NCBI GenBank assembly: GCA_024137785.1
Contig: JAHRHZ010000024.1
Location: 1,548,745-1,612,744, forward strand
From: Ginglymostoma cirratum
Lineage: Eukaryota
Length of the DNA stretch: 64,000 bases
Direction: 5' to 3'
Made by a program: the position numbers and the translations under genes. Numbering within the stretch: position 1 is the stretch's first letter; every line of letters starts with the position of its first letter. Positions 25,110 to 38,277 of this stretch are shown here, in pieces. Under the pieces are notes generated by a model. That model saw nothing but the letters and a program-made list of their open reading frames with translations, did not search any database and was not told the DNA's origin.

Positions 25110-25690
25110 TAAAATGTTGATATTCAGAGGGATTTGGCTGTACTTAATTACACAAAGTTAATATGCAGTTTCAGCCAGCAATTAAGAAGGCATATAGCAT
25201 ATTGGTCTTTATTGTAAAGGGATTGGAAAAGTAGGGAAGCCTTGCTGTGATTGTATACAGCTTTGGTGAGACTGCAGCTGGAGTACTATGTACAGTTTTG
25301 ATCATGTTGCCCAAGGAAGGATATACTTATCTTGGATGGTATGTAATATGGGTTCGCTAAATTGTTCCTGGGATGATAGAGGTATCTGATGAAGAGTGTT
25401 TGAATAGAATGAGCCTATATTCTTTGGATTTTAGAAGAATGAGAATTGACCTCATAAATATATTTAAAATTCCTTGTGAACTTGACAGGGTAGATGCTGA
25501 ATGCTGTCTTCCACTGGTCGGGCAGTCTATAACTCAGTCTCAGAAATAGTGATCAGCCATGTAGATCAAAAATAAGGAGAAATTTCTTGGCTTAGATGCT
25601 AATGCATCTTTGGATGCCTTCATTCCAATGATAAGAATATTCAAAACTGTGATTAGTAGATATTTAACCACAAAAGGATGGAAAGTGGAG
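25110..25690 (+). mobile_element. Highly degraded CR1 3' region
   Basis: ttggtgagactgcagctggagtactatgtacagttttga (LVRLQLEYYVQF) and agaagaatgagaattgacctcata. Confidence 0.7.
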
Positions 25691-26394
25691 TTAATGTGTG
25701 ACTAAATCATGCCACAGTCTAGAAAGTTGTGCAGTCATTTCCTTCCTATTCCTGTTCCAGGTGGTCTTTTGTAAATTCATGTTTCATTTTGGATCCCTCA
25801 ATCACCTTTGCACCTAAAATATCTGTGGAATATCATCTCCTGTTAATTAACGTATCATATACCAACAAATACTCTTCATGTTAACTTGTAAGAATTATCA
25901 ATAAAATGGCAAGTTTCTTGACAAGCCAAGGCGACAGTGCCTGTGGCATAAAGAGCTATTATCCTTCAGAAATAATGTCATGATCAATCATATAATTCTT
26001 TGTCAACAATTTTGAGGATCAATTGGCATTGAGAATCCACCTAAGCTTTGTTCTTGTAGTTTATAACATTACCTTAACTCATTGCTTAGTTTACAGCCTT
26101 GTAAATCATCTGCACAAATGTAGTGGTTTATCTGCTTGGTATTTAGTTAGTGAATTTGCAGTTTACATGAGGTTACAAGTTAAAAATGCATTCATACCAG
26201 ACTTAGTACATATAGAATGGACCTAAGTGTTAATTCCTCTATATGTATATTGTATGCTTGGTTCCTCTATTATTGCAGTATTATATCCCATCCTGGGAAA
26301 TACCACACTGGTGATGTTCAGTTTTGTATTCATTTCATTCACATTTTATTTCCCAAAAGCCATATCCAAGATAATGTATTGCCAATCTCATATG

Positions 26395-27192
26395 AAAGGA
26401 TATTATTAAACTGGAGAAGGTTCAAAAAAGATTTACCAGCATGTTGTCAGGGATGGGGGTGTTTTGAAATATAAAAATAGATTGGAAGTGCTGGGACTTT
26501 TCTCACTGGAGCGTAGGAGGTTGAGGGGTGACCTTGAGGACCATAGATAAGATGGAGGACAAGGGTCTTTTCCCTAGGGTGGGTGAGTTCAAAACTAGGG
26601 AGCATATTTTTAAGGTGAGAGGAGAAAGATTTAAAAAGGGCATGAGGGGCAAATTATTTTACAGAGAGAGTGGTTTGTGTGTGGAATGAACTTTTGGAGG
26701 AAGTAGTGGATGCCAGTAAAGTTACAACGTTTAAAAAACTCATAGAATCCCTACAGTGTGGAAACAGGCCATTCAGCCCAACAAATCCACACTGAACTTC
26801 AGAGCATCCCACCCAGTCCCACCCCCCTAATCAACACATCCCTGAACACTATGGGGCAATTTAGCATGGCCAATTCACCCAACCTGCACATCTTTGGACT
26901 GTGGGAGGAAACCCACGCAGACACGGGGAGAATGCGCAAACTCCACACAGATGGTCACCTGAGGGTGGAATCAAACCTGGGTTGCTGGCACTGTGAGGCA
27001 GCAGTGCTAACCACTGAGACACCATGGCACCCCACGGCACATTTGGACAAAAACATTTGGATAAGTTCATGACCAGGAAATGTTTGGAGGAATATGGGCC
27101 AAGCGCACGAGGTGGGACTAGTTTAGTTTGGGAACGTGGTCGACATGGACTGTTTGGACCAAAGGGTCTGTTTCTGTGCTGTATGACTCTAT
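26395..27192 (+). mobile_element. CR1 3' fragment interrupted by an HE1 SINE
   Basis: LFSLERRRLRGDL and FFTERVVCVWNEL-like motifs; resumes at about 27050 and ends gtatgactctat. Confidence 0.85.
26741..27032 (-). mobile_element. HE1-type V-SINE
   Basis: tRNA-like head (tggtgtctcagtggttagcactgctgcctcacag...ggtttgattcc), V-domain and CR1-like tail on the minus strand. Confidence 0.9.
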
Positions 27193-29417
27193 AAAAATGG
27201 TGAAATGTCATTTGTGCACTAACTCATGTAGGATCATGTTAAGTGTCAGTTTTGCATTTTTCCACCACGTCATTTGACTGAGTACTCTTCTCATGTAGTA
27301 CTCAAAACTATAGAAAGGAATTTGTTGGAGATTAAATCAGAGTGGTATCATAGTTTGCATATGATGGATCTTTGGAGAGTTTCCCTCCTCACACACCCTG
27401 CAAATATATGTATTTTCAAGCAGGTACTTGTGGCACCATCAACAACCTTGGTTTTGAAAATGACTTCAAAGTTCACAAGTTACATAGAAGGCCATGTAAG
27501 ATAAATAAATAATCAGAGTCAAACCTGCTGTTTACGCTGATAGCAAGGCAAATTGATGAATGCTGATTTGAAATGCTGCCACCTCACCATGCAAAGCCAA
27601 CTTTATTTAGTTAAGACAGATAAGATCACAAAATACTCTTAAGTCACACACAACTTGTGCCCTCCCTAAACACGTTAAACAAAACCAAATAATATAAAAG
27701 AAAGCCTCCTTTATGCTCGAACAAGGAGGTTAAAAAAAGACAGGTCATTAATCATGTCAATGCACAATGTCCTATTAAAACCAGCAGTCCACTGGTCTTA
27801 AAGTATTTGTCAACTTTGCTATTAGTGTCTTTATGCCCTAATGCACTCTTTAACAATGAAATTAATCAACTTATGTCTGGGAGTTCAGACTTCTGTGAAC
27901 TATTGAAAAATCATGGACATGTTTTGTTTTTTTTTCTGTTACAAGTAAAACAGCCCCCATCATTTCAGGCAATTTCGATCTATCCTGAAATAGAATCAGT
28001 AATGTTGTTGGACAGCAGATTCTCTGATCCATAATTTTTAACAAAGGGGACCCTCAGGCTAAATGCAATGAAATTTGAGTCACTGCTATACATCATGCTT
28101 TCTTAAGAACACGATAATAATTATATTTGGAGGACTCTGTGGAGCCTCATTAGTCCCTCTTTGATAAATTAAGGGGTAGAGGTAGCATTATGCAAAAAAC
28201 TCATCCGACATACGATTCCTTTAAAACAGACACATTGCAAAATCAGTGTTTGGAACAGTATACGCTCACAGGAGATCCAATTGGCTGATACAACTAGAAT
28301 ATATCTACATCACACCTAGAAGTGAAATGTGTGATGATCTACCAGCTAGTTTTCTGCTCCATCTGTAGGAAATACATTGGCTTCTCTTCGTGACTCCACA
28401 GATGGCCCAGGAGAAACTGGTAAAAATGTGTAGGGAGTTAAAGGAAGTAAAACTGCTTCCTACCAGAGACAGCATTGTGAATGGACACTAAACAATAACT
28501 TAACTCTGCTTTTAACCTCTGAATCCATCAATTCAGTTAAAGGTCTGGGTTCAAGGACATTTTACTTCTTTATCAAAGTCACAGTTTAAGTGGCACAACA
28601 ATCTCCACTTATTTACTTGCAAAGCCACTAGTCTAATCTAGGTTCAACTCCTAATGTACTGCTCAGACTATAATTAAGATAATGCATGGTCTGCATTACT
28701 AGCACCATTCACTTACTGGAAAGTGATTCGAGAGTTATCAGCAGTGGAAGCTTCAATGTGGTACCCTGTGACTACAGCTTTCACAGCATTAAAACAATGA
28801 AACACACTAATGCAAGTTATCTTTTTTTAAAAAGGAATTAAATTAATTTGTGCAGAAAACATTTTTAAGGGTAGAACATTGTAATTGTAAGTCTATTTGG
28901 ATATGGTGTTGATCTTTCTCAATATCGCTCTCCTTTGTTAGGTTCGTAATTGATCTTTTTAAAAAATCTATGATGAATGAGACTTTAATATATATTAAAG
29001 TAGCTCGTAATTAGTATATTATAATGTCACAATACCTGTGATTTGTTCAAATGTATATGACAGCTTAGCCCATTAACAAAGTCAGAAGATTATAGATACA
29101 TGCATTACTTCATGAATTGAACTGCAGGTTGATAATGTTGTACAATATTGAGGAACTACTATATTTTTGAAAATGGTATTTTTCCCATTGAGTTTTTAAA
29201 CTGAGGTTCCACTTCATGCTGGCATGGATCATCCCATTCCCAACGTAACATTGTTTCTTCAAGCCTTTTTTAAAGATCGTGCTTTCCAAAGAAACAGCAA
29301 ACACAATTTAATAATTCATTCACTGCAAAGTGCTTTGAAAAGTCCTAAGGAAAAGTTAAAAACAAATGCAAGTTCTTGTATGCACATGTACAAATTATTT
29401 AGTGTGATTGTAAAATG

Positions 29418-29745
29418 TGGCATGGTGACTCAGTGGTTAGCACCGCTGCCTTACAGCCAAAGGAATCATGTTTGATTCCACCCTCCAGTGATTGTCTGCA
29501 TGGAACTTACACATTCTCCCGTGCCTGTTTGGGTTTCTGCCAGGTACTCTGTTTTCCTCCCACAGTCCAAAGATGTGCAGGTTGGGTAGATTGGCCATGC
29601 TAAATTGCCTATAGTGTTCAGGGATGTTCAAGTTAGGTGGATTAGCCATGGGAAATGCAGGGTTACCAGGAATGGATGGGACGCTCTTTGGATGGTCAGT
29701 GTGGACTTGATGGGCCAAATAGCCTGTTTCCATACTGTAGCGATT
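29418..29745 (+). mobile_element. HE1-type V-SINE
   Basis: ggcatggtgactcagtggttagcacc...tcctcccacagtccaaagatgtgcagg...gcctgtttccatactgtag. Confidence 0.9.
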
Positions 29746-29907
29746 CGACAAAAGCAAGTGAACAGGCATTTGGGGGGAAATGCCAGAAGTGGAAGGACCG
29801 TATACTTGTCTCTTCATGTGTTTCAAGCTTAATAATCACAATCACTTCTTCAAATATCTGAATGCTTCAATGGAATCATAGCTCTGTGTTCCAAAAGCTG
29901 TTTTAAG

Positions 29908-30370
29908 AGACATATAAAATTTATAGCACTGCAGGAGACTGTTCAGCCCATTGTATCAGTGCCAACAGAGTTATCTAGTTTTATCTCACTTTCCAGGTTT
30001 TAGCCCATAGGTTTGTAAATTACAATGCTTTAAATGTATTATCTGGCAGGTTTTTTAATATGATGTGGGTTTCTGTCTTGACTATCGCATCAGGAAATGA
30101 ATCCAGTCCCCATGATCCTCTGGCTGAAAGAAAACTCTCCTTAACACCTCTCAAACCCCTCTGTCAATGGGCTAAATTATACCTTCTGGTTATTGCTGTG
30201 CCACAAAAAAATTGGCCCGTTCAATTTGCTCTATCATGGGCACTCAATGTTCTACATTTCAAAGAAATTATCCCTCTGTTTCCTTGGGTCCAAAGAAAAT
30301 AGCCATAGCTTATCCAATTTTCCTCACATTTCTCTATTCTTGGCAATATCCTTAGCAATCTCCTCCAAAA
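29908..30370 (-). mobile_element. Highly degraded CR1 3' fragment
   Basis: Tail-like catataaaattt..agcactgcaggagactgttcagcccat, with weak similarity to the other minus-strand CR1 ends. Confidence 0.55.
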
Positions 30371-30529
30371 CCTTTCGGCATTTTCTGATAGTTCAGTGAT
30401 TTAACAATCTCCACCTTTCTTTTTAGCTATTGCTCTAATGATCTGTAAACTGAGAAACCAAGAACAGATTTTAAAAAATCAGGTAGAATTATGGACCTGT
30501 TGAGTGTCTTACACAGGAGCTGCGTCAGG

Positions 30530-30990
30530 CATGTATCAGTCAATAGTAGTCTTACATCCAAGTCAGAAGACATTGGATTCAAGTCCCATGGCAAAGCCTT
30601 TAATGTAAAAAATCCAGACTGACGCAATGTGCGATAGTGAGGGAATGTCACACTACAAAAAGTGCCATTTCTCAAATGAGATGTTAAATTAAAACTGTGT
30701 CTGCCGCTTAAGCTGGATACAGTGAAAGATCCCATGATGTCTTTTTGATTACAAGCAGAGATTTCTCTCTAATGTCCTGGCCAATATTTCATGCTCAACA
30801 AACATCACCAGCAAATAATGTAGTCAACATCACATTGCTCTTTGTGGGATTTATTGTGCTTGTCGGAGTATATATTTCCCACACAGCAATGATTATGCCT
30901 CAAAATGTATTTTATTGATGGGAAGGAGCTTTGAGTCATTTTGAAGTCATGAAAGTTGCTGAATAAATGCATTTTATTTTGCTTTCTTTC
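30530..30990 (+). mobile_element. Near full-length Deu-domain SINE (SacSINE1/AmnSINE-like), old
   Basis: B-box ggattcaagtccc; Deu-like core gtgccatttctcaaatgagatgttaaa...aaagatcccatg...tgtcctggccaatattt; tail gtcatgaaagttgctgaataaatgca. Confidence 0.75.
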
Positions 30991-33900
30991 CGACATTCCC
31001 ACGTGATATTCTCAAGTCTTTGTCATTCCCCAAGATCTCCATTACTGTCAGGTTGTGGTGTATCGTTTTTAATCTTGGACTCATGTTCATCTATTCCTTG
31101 AATGAGATGAGACCTTAATCTGAAATTGTTTCATTGGAATGTGGACAAGTTATCAATCGTGGTGCACAGCAGACTACTAGAGGCAGACTACTAGAGGTAG
31201 AAACATATAGTGAAGGAGGTGCAAGTAATTTGACTTTGTTGATATCAAGGTGGTAAAGAATAGAAAATTCTATCACCATGCTGATTTATGTAATTTCATA
31301 AAATAACTTGTACTAGCTTTCTTGAAGTGCAGTGGCAAACACTTACAGATGGCATTTGTCTCCAATGTTTGAAGATCATGAGTTGACTTTCTCAACTCTG
31401 GAACATTAGGTGGTGCCATTTGTAAGTTAATAAGTAGAACAGTCAGGGAAATATGTGTAAAACAAACTCTGCAGTAGATTTGGGGAGTAGGGGAGTTGCG
31501 CAGGTTGGAACATGAATCTATTTGACGCAGAATGAGAGTCTTTGAAAAGGTCCAATGTTCAAAACTACTAACTACCACAATGTGGTAACCTTGAGACCAT
31601 AATGTTATTTATTTCTTGTATATGTACAGAATGATATTGATGGAAAGACGATAGACTATACATAGGACTTTCTAGCCATTAGTCCTTTTCTCACATTGTG
31701 AAGACTAGTTGTAGAATGCTGAAAGCCAGCTTGAATGATGAATGCATAAAATAAAACTAATAAAAGGGTAAAAATGGAATTTATGATACTTTGCTTCTCT
31801 GGTGGTAATACAGAAACATAGCCAACGTTATTAGTTTCATTTTGCACAGATTAATTAAGATCAAACCTATTTCTCTCAGAGAAAGCAATACATTGTTTTT
31901 TTCTTCATTCCATCATTCATGTGAAATGTAGAATAGTGTCTTTCTGATTTTCAGAAACTCAGTTGAGCTGTGGGATTGTTGATCTGCTAAGCTAGACAGT
32001 AAAAACCTTAAATGGTCTTCCAACCAAGGCACAATTTAAATAATGATGATAATAACTTTTATGCAGTTACATATTGACATTTCAAAGTGAATGCTAAACA
32101 AATTATTTTAAGAAATTACTTTCACTGCTTTAATCCTAACCTAGAGTACTTGTAATTTGAATTAACTGTGATATAACTGTTGTGACAGGAACCATCTGAA
32201 TTCTGAAACATCTCGACACTTTATCCTCAGTAGTTCAGAAATCCACTCAGAAACCCCAGCTATCTGTACTTTTCTGGATGTCATTGGCATCATTTTAATA
32301 TAGTACTTTGGAAATTGAAGCATGGAAGGTACAATATTTGGAAAATTAAAACAATGTTTTATTGCTGATTTAGAATCTAGATAAATATTTATATCAATGA
32401 TATTTTCACACATTTGCAGTTAGGTATCCTAATGTCATTCTACAATTTTAAAAAGATCAAAATCCAGAAATAACTTGATTCCAAACATGCCAATCTGCAG
32501 ATGGAACAGTGCGCTGTGTTTCATTTGAAACACAGGAACTACGTAGGAACACTTCTGTCAACACTCTGAAGTGTTTTCTGACTGACCATGAATGGAGAAA
32601 GACTCTTGATGACTCAGGGAGCAGAATGAGTATCATGACGCTGCTAACTTTTGATGTGAACTCCAGGCTTGAAGCTGATATTATCAAACAAACAGGTCTT
32701 CATTTTGTTGGAAATTGAAAGTTGGTTGAAGCTTCTCACTAGGATGGTGAGGATAACTTCAGTCCAGATCTGTCACTCCTCTTGCTTGCAATTAATTATC
32801 ACTTTCTTTTAATAATAGCTACTTACTGCTTAATATGCACAAGGTGAGGGGGGAAGGGGTCGGGGGAGGCAGCAACAATCCTTCTCTTGATATTGCCGAA
32901 TCATCTAAAAGCTTTGAAAATATATAATTGTCTTTGCTCACTCGTAGAATTCTGTAGCTAAGTTGGAAGCACTCTGCAGCAGAAGTACAGAGACAGTTCC
33001 TTCAAGATAAGGAAGGATTGGGCATCAGATGTCAGTCTCAATAAACCAGGTAATGTGTCACCAGCTCACAGATTTGCAGTAATAGATAACTAACCAATAG
33101 AAAAAAGTTCCTCATGGCTTATCCCTTTATACTTCTTTAGCTGTCTTGTCTATGCTTTCTGTCATTAACACAGGTGCTGTAGTATGGTGACTTGTAACAT
33201 TGTTCAGTGTAATTTTTTTTTAGTAAGCAAGGCAATAAATTGCTATTTTATTGCTATTCTATTTTATTGGGAGACCAAGGGATTTCCGGTGTTCCTTTGG
33301 AAGTTAGAAAAGCCCTGTTGGGGAATTCATTGTCTTGGACCACAAAGCAGAGCTAATCCAGGAGAGACCACCAAATTCAGCAGACACTACAGTGGAGAGA
33401 AAAATATTGTGTCCTTGCTGCTATCAATTTTCACTGAAGGGCCAGCACCACCATGATGACCGATTGTCTCACAGACAATTTGAGAACACTGAAAGCTGTT
33501 CTCTGTAGTTTTCAATTATTGAGCAATGATACACTACAAACCTTAAAGCAAGTATGTAGCTACATTACCAACTTTGATTCAGATCTTTTTCTCAAATACT
33601 GCAGGGACAGTAAACTGACAGCTTATGGATTCTTCAAGAAAAACATCAAAATAAACAAAGTCTGGGAACAGATAGGGAGAAGGATTAGGTTTCAGACTCT
33701 GCAGAGGCTTCAGCCACAGTCACTTAGACAACATTCTTGTATCAAGAAACTCTGTTTGCTTTTCCTGTCGGCAGACCAAGCAAAACATTTATGATGTCTG
33801 TCTCATGTTCATCAGCCAGACAGTTGCAGTTTAAAGTTTGTGTTTTTGGGTGTTAAAGCTTGAATAATTAATTTTTCATTTTTAAACTTCCTTGGCGTGG

Positions 33901-34395
33901 TATTAGTCTCAAATGAAAAATGAAAAATACCTTTTCCAGGGAATCAAGAAAGGGTGCAGAGGTGAAGCTGTTGAATCTAGAGTTTCTTGCTATAACAGGG
34001 AATTAATGCTGGTGCTAACTACCTTGAACACCTCCTTTCTTTATTTTCCTGTTTTGTGCAGCAATATTTTACAATTTGGATTAATCTTTAACCTTATAGT
34101 CAAATATTTGAGATGTAAACATGCATATTTAAAGTTTTTTTCTGAAAGATAGCCTAGAATGAACTGCCATATTTAAGTGGATAAAGTAACAGTAAATAAA
34201 TTTTAGAAATCAAAGATGTGACAAACAGATATAAAGAACTAATGGCATGATGCAATAGGTTCTGGTTAGCACATAAACTAGACACTAGGCGTGGCTTGCT
34301 GTGTGGGATAGAAAACATCCAGCTTGACAGAGCTAAGATAACAAGGGCTGGATGAACACAGCAGGCCAAGCAGCATCATAGGAGCAGGAAAGCTT

Positions 34396-34423
34396 GACGT
34401 TTCGGGCCTAGACCCTTCATCAG
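34396..34423 (-). ncRNA. Intact minimal hammerhead ribozyme motif (family A)
   Basis: Minus strand: CUGAUGA-A-GGGU-CUAG-GCCC-GAAACGUC. Palindromic ACGU stem III and GUC cleavage triplet. Confidence 0.75.
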
Positions 34424-34492
34424 AAATAGGGGAGGGGAAGAGGGTTCTGAAATAAATAGGGAGAGAGGGGGAGGCGGATAGAGGATGGATAG

Positions 34493-34788
34493 AGGAGAGG
34501 ATAGGTGGAGAGGAGGCAGACAAGTCGAAGAGGCGGGGATGGAGCCAGTAAAGGTGAGTGTAGGTGGGGGGTAGGGAGGGGATAGGTCAGTCCAGGGAGG
34601 ACGGACAGGTCAAGGGGGCGGGATGATGTTAGTAGATAGGAGAGGATAGGTGGAGAGGAGGCAGACAAGTCGAAGAGGCGGGGATGGAGCCAGTAAAGGT
34701 GAGTGTAGGTGGGGGGTAGGGAGGGGATAGGTCAGTCCAGGGAGGACGGACAGGTCAAGGGGGCGGGATGATGTTAGTAGATAGGAGA
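34493..34788 (+). repeat. Identical tandem duplication, 145-bp unit, G-rich
   Basis: The unit starting aggagaggataggtgg at 34493 recurs at 34638. Confidence 0.9.
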
Positions 34789-34960
34789 TGGGGGTGGGGC
34801 TTGAGGTGGGAGGAGGGGATAGGTGAGAGGAAGGACAGGTTAGGGAGGCGGAGATGAGCTGGGCCACAGTGATGCCACCCGAAGGCTGCAGGAACAGCAA
34901 ATCATATTCAGCCTGGGAACCCTGCAGCCCAATGGTATCAATGTGGATTTCACAAGCTTC

Positions 34961-35360
34961 NNNNNNNNNNNNNNNNNNNNNNNNNNNNNNNNNNNNNNNN
35001 NNNNNNNNNNNNNNNNNNNNNNNNNNNNNNNNNNNNNNNNNNNNNNNNNNNNNNNNNNNNNNNNNNNNNNNNNNNNNNNNNNNNNNNNNNNNNNNNNNNN
35101 NNNNNNNNNNNNNNNNNNNNNNNNNNNNNNNNNNNNNNNNNNNNNNNNNNNNNNNNNNNNNNNNNNNNNNNNNNNNNNNNNNNNNNNNNNNNNNNNNNNN
35201 NNNNNNNNNNNNNNNNNNNNNNNNNNNNNNNNNNNNNNNNNNNNNNNNNNNNNNNNNNNNNNNNNNNNNNNNNNNNNNNNNNNNNNNNNNNNNNNNNNNN
35301 NNNNNNNNNNNNNNNNNNNNNNNNNNNNNNNNNNNNNNNNNNNNNNNNNNNNNNNNNNNN
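34961..35360. other. Assembly gap (400 N)
   Basis: Run of n. Confidence 1.
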
Positions 35361-35477
35361 TTTCCTGCTCCTATGATGCTGCTTGGCCTGCTGTGTTCAT
35401 CCAGCCCCACACCTTGTTATCTCGGATTCTCCAGCATCTGCAGTACCTTTTATCTCTGATACAAGCTTGACAGGCCT

Positions 35478-35590
35478 GTTGAGTTGCATTGGTAGTGTTG
35501 CTACCTCTGAGCCAGGAGGCCATAGTTCAAGTCCCATCTGCTCCAGATGTGTTAAATAAGATGTCTGAACAACCTAGATTTTTTTTGTTA
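35478..35590 (+). mobile_element. Short (about 115 bp) tRNA-derived SINE
   Basis: tggtagtg...gttcaagtcccatctgctccaga...tctgaaca; homologous to 37948, 40418 and 56684. Confidence 0.7.
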
Positions 35591-35654
35591 GAAGTGCATT
35601 AGGCCCCCTTCCAATTACACTAATTTGGCTTTCTCCCTCATGGAGTGTTAATAC

Positions 35655-36375
35655 AGAGAGGGCCTTCAGCACAACAAGTCTGTACCACCAAAAATACATT
35701 ACATCTGCATTAGTCTGACTTTCCAGTACTTGGCCTATAGCCTTGAATATTATGACACTTCAAGTGCCCATCCAAGTACTTTTTAAAGGTTACCCGCTTC
35801 AACTACCTTCCCAGGTAGTGCATTTCAGACTCTGACCACCCTCTGAGTGGAAATGTTTTCCTCAAATACCTCTAAACCTCCTATATTTCACCTTACAATA
35901 TGCCCCCTTGTACAGATACTTCAACTAAGGGGAACAGCTGCTTTCTATTCCCACTCGTAACCTTATACACTTCTTTCGGGCCCCCCCTCAACTTTCTCTG
36001 CTCCAAAGAGGACAACCCGAGCATCACCTTATCACTGAAATGCTCCATCCCAGGCAACATCCTGGTGAATCTCCCTTGCACCCCTACCTGTACAATCACA
36101 TCCTTCCTATAGTGCAGTGACCAGAACTGCACACAGTACTCCGGCTGTGGCTGCCTCACTAAAGTCCTGTACAGCTACAACATAACCTCCTGGCTATTAT
36201 AATCTGTGTAAGTGTTAAGGCAAGTGTTCTGTTTAGCTTAATGACCCTATTAATCTGCCCTGTGGCCTTCAAGGATCTGTGACAAGCACTGCAATGTCCC
36301 TCTGAGCTTCCTAACGTCCTGCCATTCACTGACTACTCCCTTGTCTTGTCGAATTCCAAAGTATATCAACTTACA
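35655..36375 (-). mobile_element. CR1 3' fragment
   Basis: Minus ORF 35893-36159 reads PEYCVQFWSLHYRKDV...RFTRMLPGME...EQRKLRG. Confidence 0.85.
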
Positions 36376-36593
36376 CTTATCAAAGGGTTAAATGCGTTTA
36401 TACTCACCTTTTGTGATCTACATTGTACATAATTTCATTAGTAGGAAACACAATGGTTTAGTTGAGGTGGATAATGGGTGAAAAGTCCCATGGGTGATTT
36501 ATTGATAAAACAAATGTTCAGTTGCTTGTAAGAGCACATCAGGTAATTTTTTTAAAAAAACACCTTGGAATTTAGCTGTGGCTGATATACTCT

Positions 36594-36673
36594 GGGCCCA
36601 AAACGTCAGCTTTCCTGCTCCTCTGATGCTGCTTGGCCTGCTCTGTTCATCCAGCTCTACACCTTGTTATCTC
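36594..36673 (+). mobile_element. Truncated Penelope pLTR (family A)
   Basis: gggcccaaaacgtcagctttcctgctcc...ttatctc, flanked by tactct on both sides. Confidence 0.8.
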
Positions 36674-37334
36674 TACTCTTCCTCTGTTGATGTAACACTT
36701 TGCCACCTTTGCTGACTAATAAAGTATGGCGATGGAAAGGAGGGATTAACGAATGCTACATTCCATCCAAGAGCGAAGGCTGTATACTCTATTTATTGGC
36801 CTTTTATTTCACAGAGTTGTAAAAATTGAATGACTTGATGTCGCAGTCAGAATGGATTTCTGCATCTTCACATAGAATTAACTAGTTACCTGTATTGTAA
36901 CACTCTTGGAGATTTCTGCTGCCTAATTAAGAATCCAGGATATCACACAGAGAGTTCCTACAGCATATTGGTGAGACAGTATTCCCACTGTGGACAGGTG
37001 CTTAGTTTTTGCTTCACAATACCCCCATAGAGGATGGGGAAATTGTAAAATTTTCAGGTGATTCTTATGGTGTTGGGCTTATAATGGTTTAATACTAGGC
37101 TAGTAGTTGATCTTTCTACCCAGGTGCAATTATTACCTGAAGTAAAAATGATGGAGGTGAGAATGAAGATATTTTATAGGCATGGTAAAAGTGCGTATAG
37201 ATCAGTGACCTGTGAGATTAAAACTGCTGCTTGTAACGATCTGAAAGTGAATGAATCTGGGCAATTAGTATCCTGCTCTTAATGATATTAGTTTGCGGAG
37301 AATTACGGCTAGGTACCACTGTGAAATGGTCACT

Positions 37335-37490
37335 TCATCACAAAGGCTTTTGCGGATCTGGAAGCATCTGTGGAGAGACAGAAACAGAGTTAACATTTTG
37401 ACGAGTAACTTAGACCTGCTGAATTTCTCCAGCAATTTCTGTTTTTGTTTCAGATTTCCAGCATCTGCAATTCTTAGCTTTATTTTAGTT
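37335..37490. mobile_element. Degraded fold-back pLTR (family B)
   Basis: Minus part gcatctgtggagagacagaaacagagttaacatttt joined to plus part agacctgctgaatttctccagcaatttctg. Confidence 0.7.
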
Positions 37491-37947
37491 CTGTCTGAAA
37501 AGACCGTTTAAGACAAATGAGGGGATCCTCGGTCTGTAAGACAGGTCCCACCTTATGGATTCCTCTATTCGTTCACCACCATCAACTTATGTCTTATCTT
37601 TGGTCGACTGAATTCCACTGCAAGTTAGAAGCCGCTCATCGTCTGGACATGGCGAAAGAATAGAGTCTCTGTTTTGTTCAAATTAAATCTACAGCAATTA
37701 GAGCCAATCAGATAATTGCATCCTTCACTTAAACAGAATCCACACTTTGTAAAATGCAGGGCTACAGAAGTAGTAATCAAAATATCCAGATGATGTTTAA
37801 ATCAGTAACTCTGGGGATGGGGAGGCTGGTTGAAGTCACACGCAAGGTGCATATGATTTCCAAATGTAAGCATGTGGCAGAACTTTGCACATCAAAAATG
37901 CAGTGGAAAGGGTAACCAACCAGATTTAAAACATCAACATGACTCTG

Positions 37948-38063
37948 TAGGACACCTTGCGGTGTAATGGTAGTGACCCTGCCTCAGACTCAGAGGCCAG
38001 GGTTCAAGTCCCATCTGCTCCAGAGGTGTGTAATAACATCTCTGTACAGGTTGTTTAGAAAAA
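37948..38063 (+). mobile_element. Short tRNA-derived SINE
   Basis: A-box-like ggtgtaatggt, B-box ggttcaagtcc, tail gtttagaaaa. Confidence 0.75.
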
Positions 38064-38277
38064 TAAGTCAAAACTATTGTGTGGTGAGTGCATTACTGTC
38101 ATTGTATCTGAAAGACTAAACATTAATCACTTAGAGAGTGTGTTGAAAGAGAAAGCTTACAAGTGGGATGGCACAGGCTTTGGTTTGATCCTTACTAAGG
38201 TGTTGTGCTCTTAAATCAGGGAAAAGATTTTAAAAAAATCATCACACTTGGTGATAATATTTGTGAAACGGGAAAAT

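Larger units (their letters stand above)
34335..35458. mobile_element. Inverted (tails-out) Penelope insertion spanning the assembly gap, 10-bp TSD
   Basis: Left arm is pLTR and 3' UTR on minus. The plus arm begins at about 34863 (DATRRLQEQQIIFSLGTLQPNGINVDFTSF) and ends in a pLTR at 35361-35458. agcttgacag at 34321-34330 and 35464-35473. Confidence 0.85.

Noticed and set aside
31170-31198. 14-bp tandem duplication (cagactactagagg); also (ct)n near 48583 and poly-G near 51729
   Set aside because: Ordinary slippage products with no further structure.
34610-35470. Long ORFs of 175-266 aa
   Set aside because: Artefacts of translating through the N gap and low-complexity Penelope UTR.
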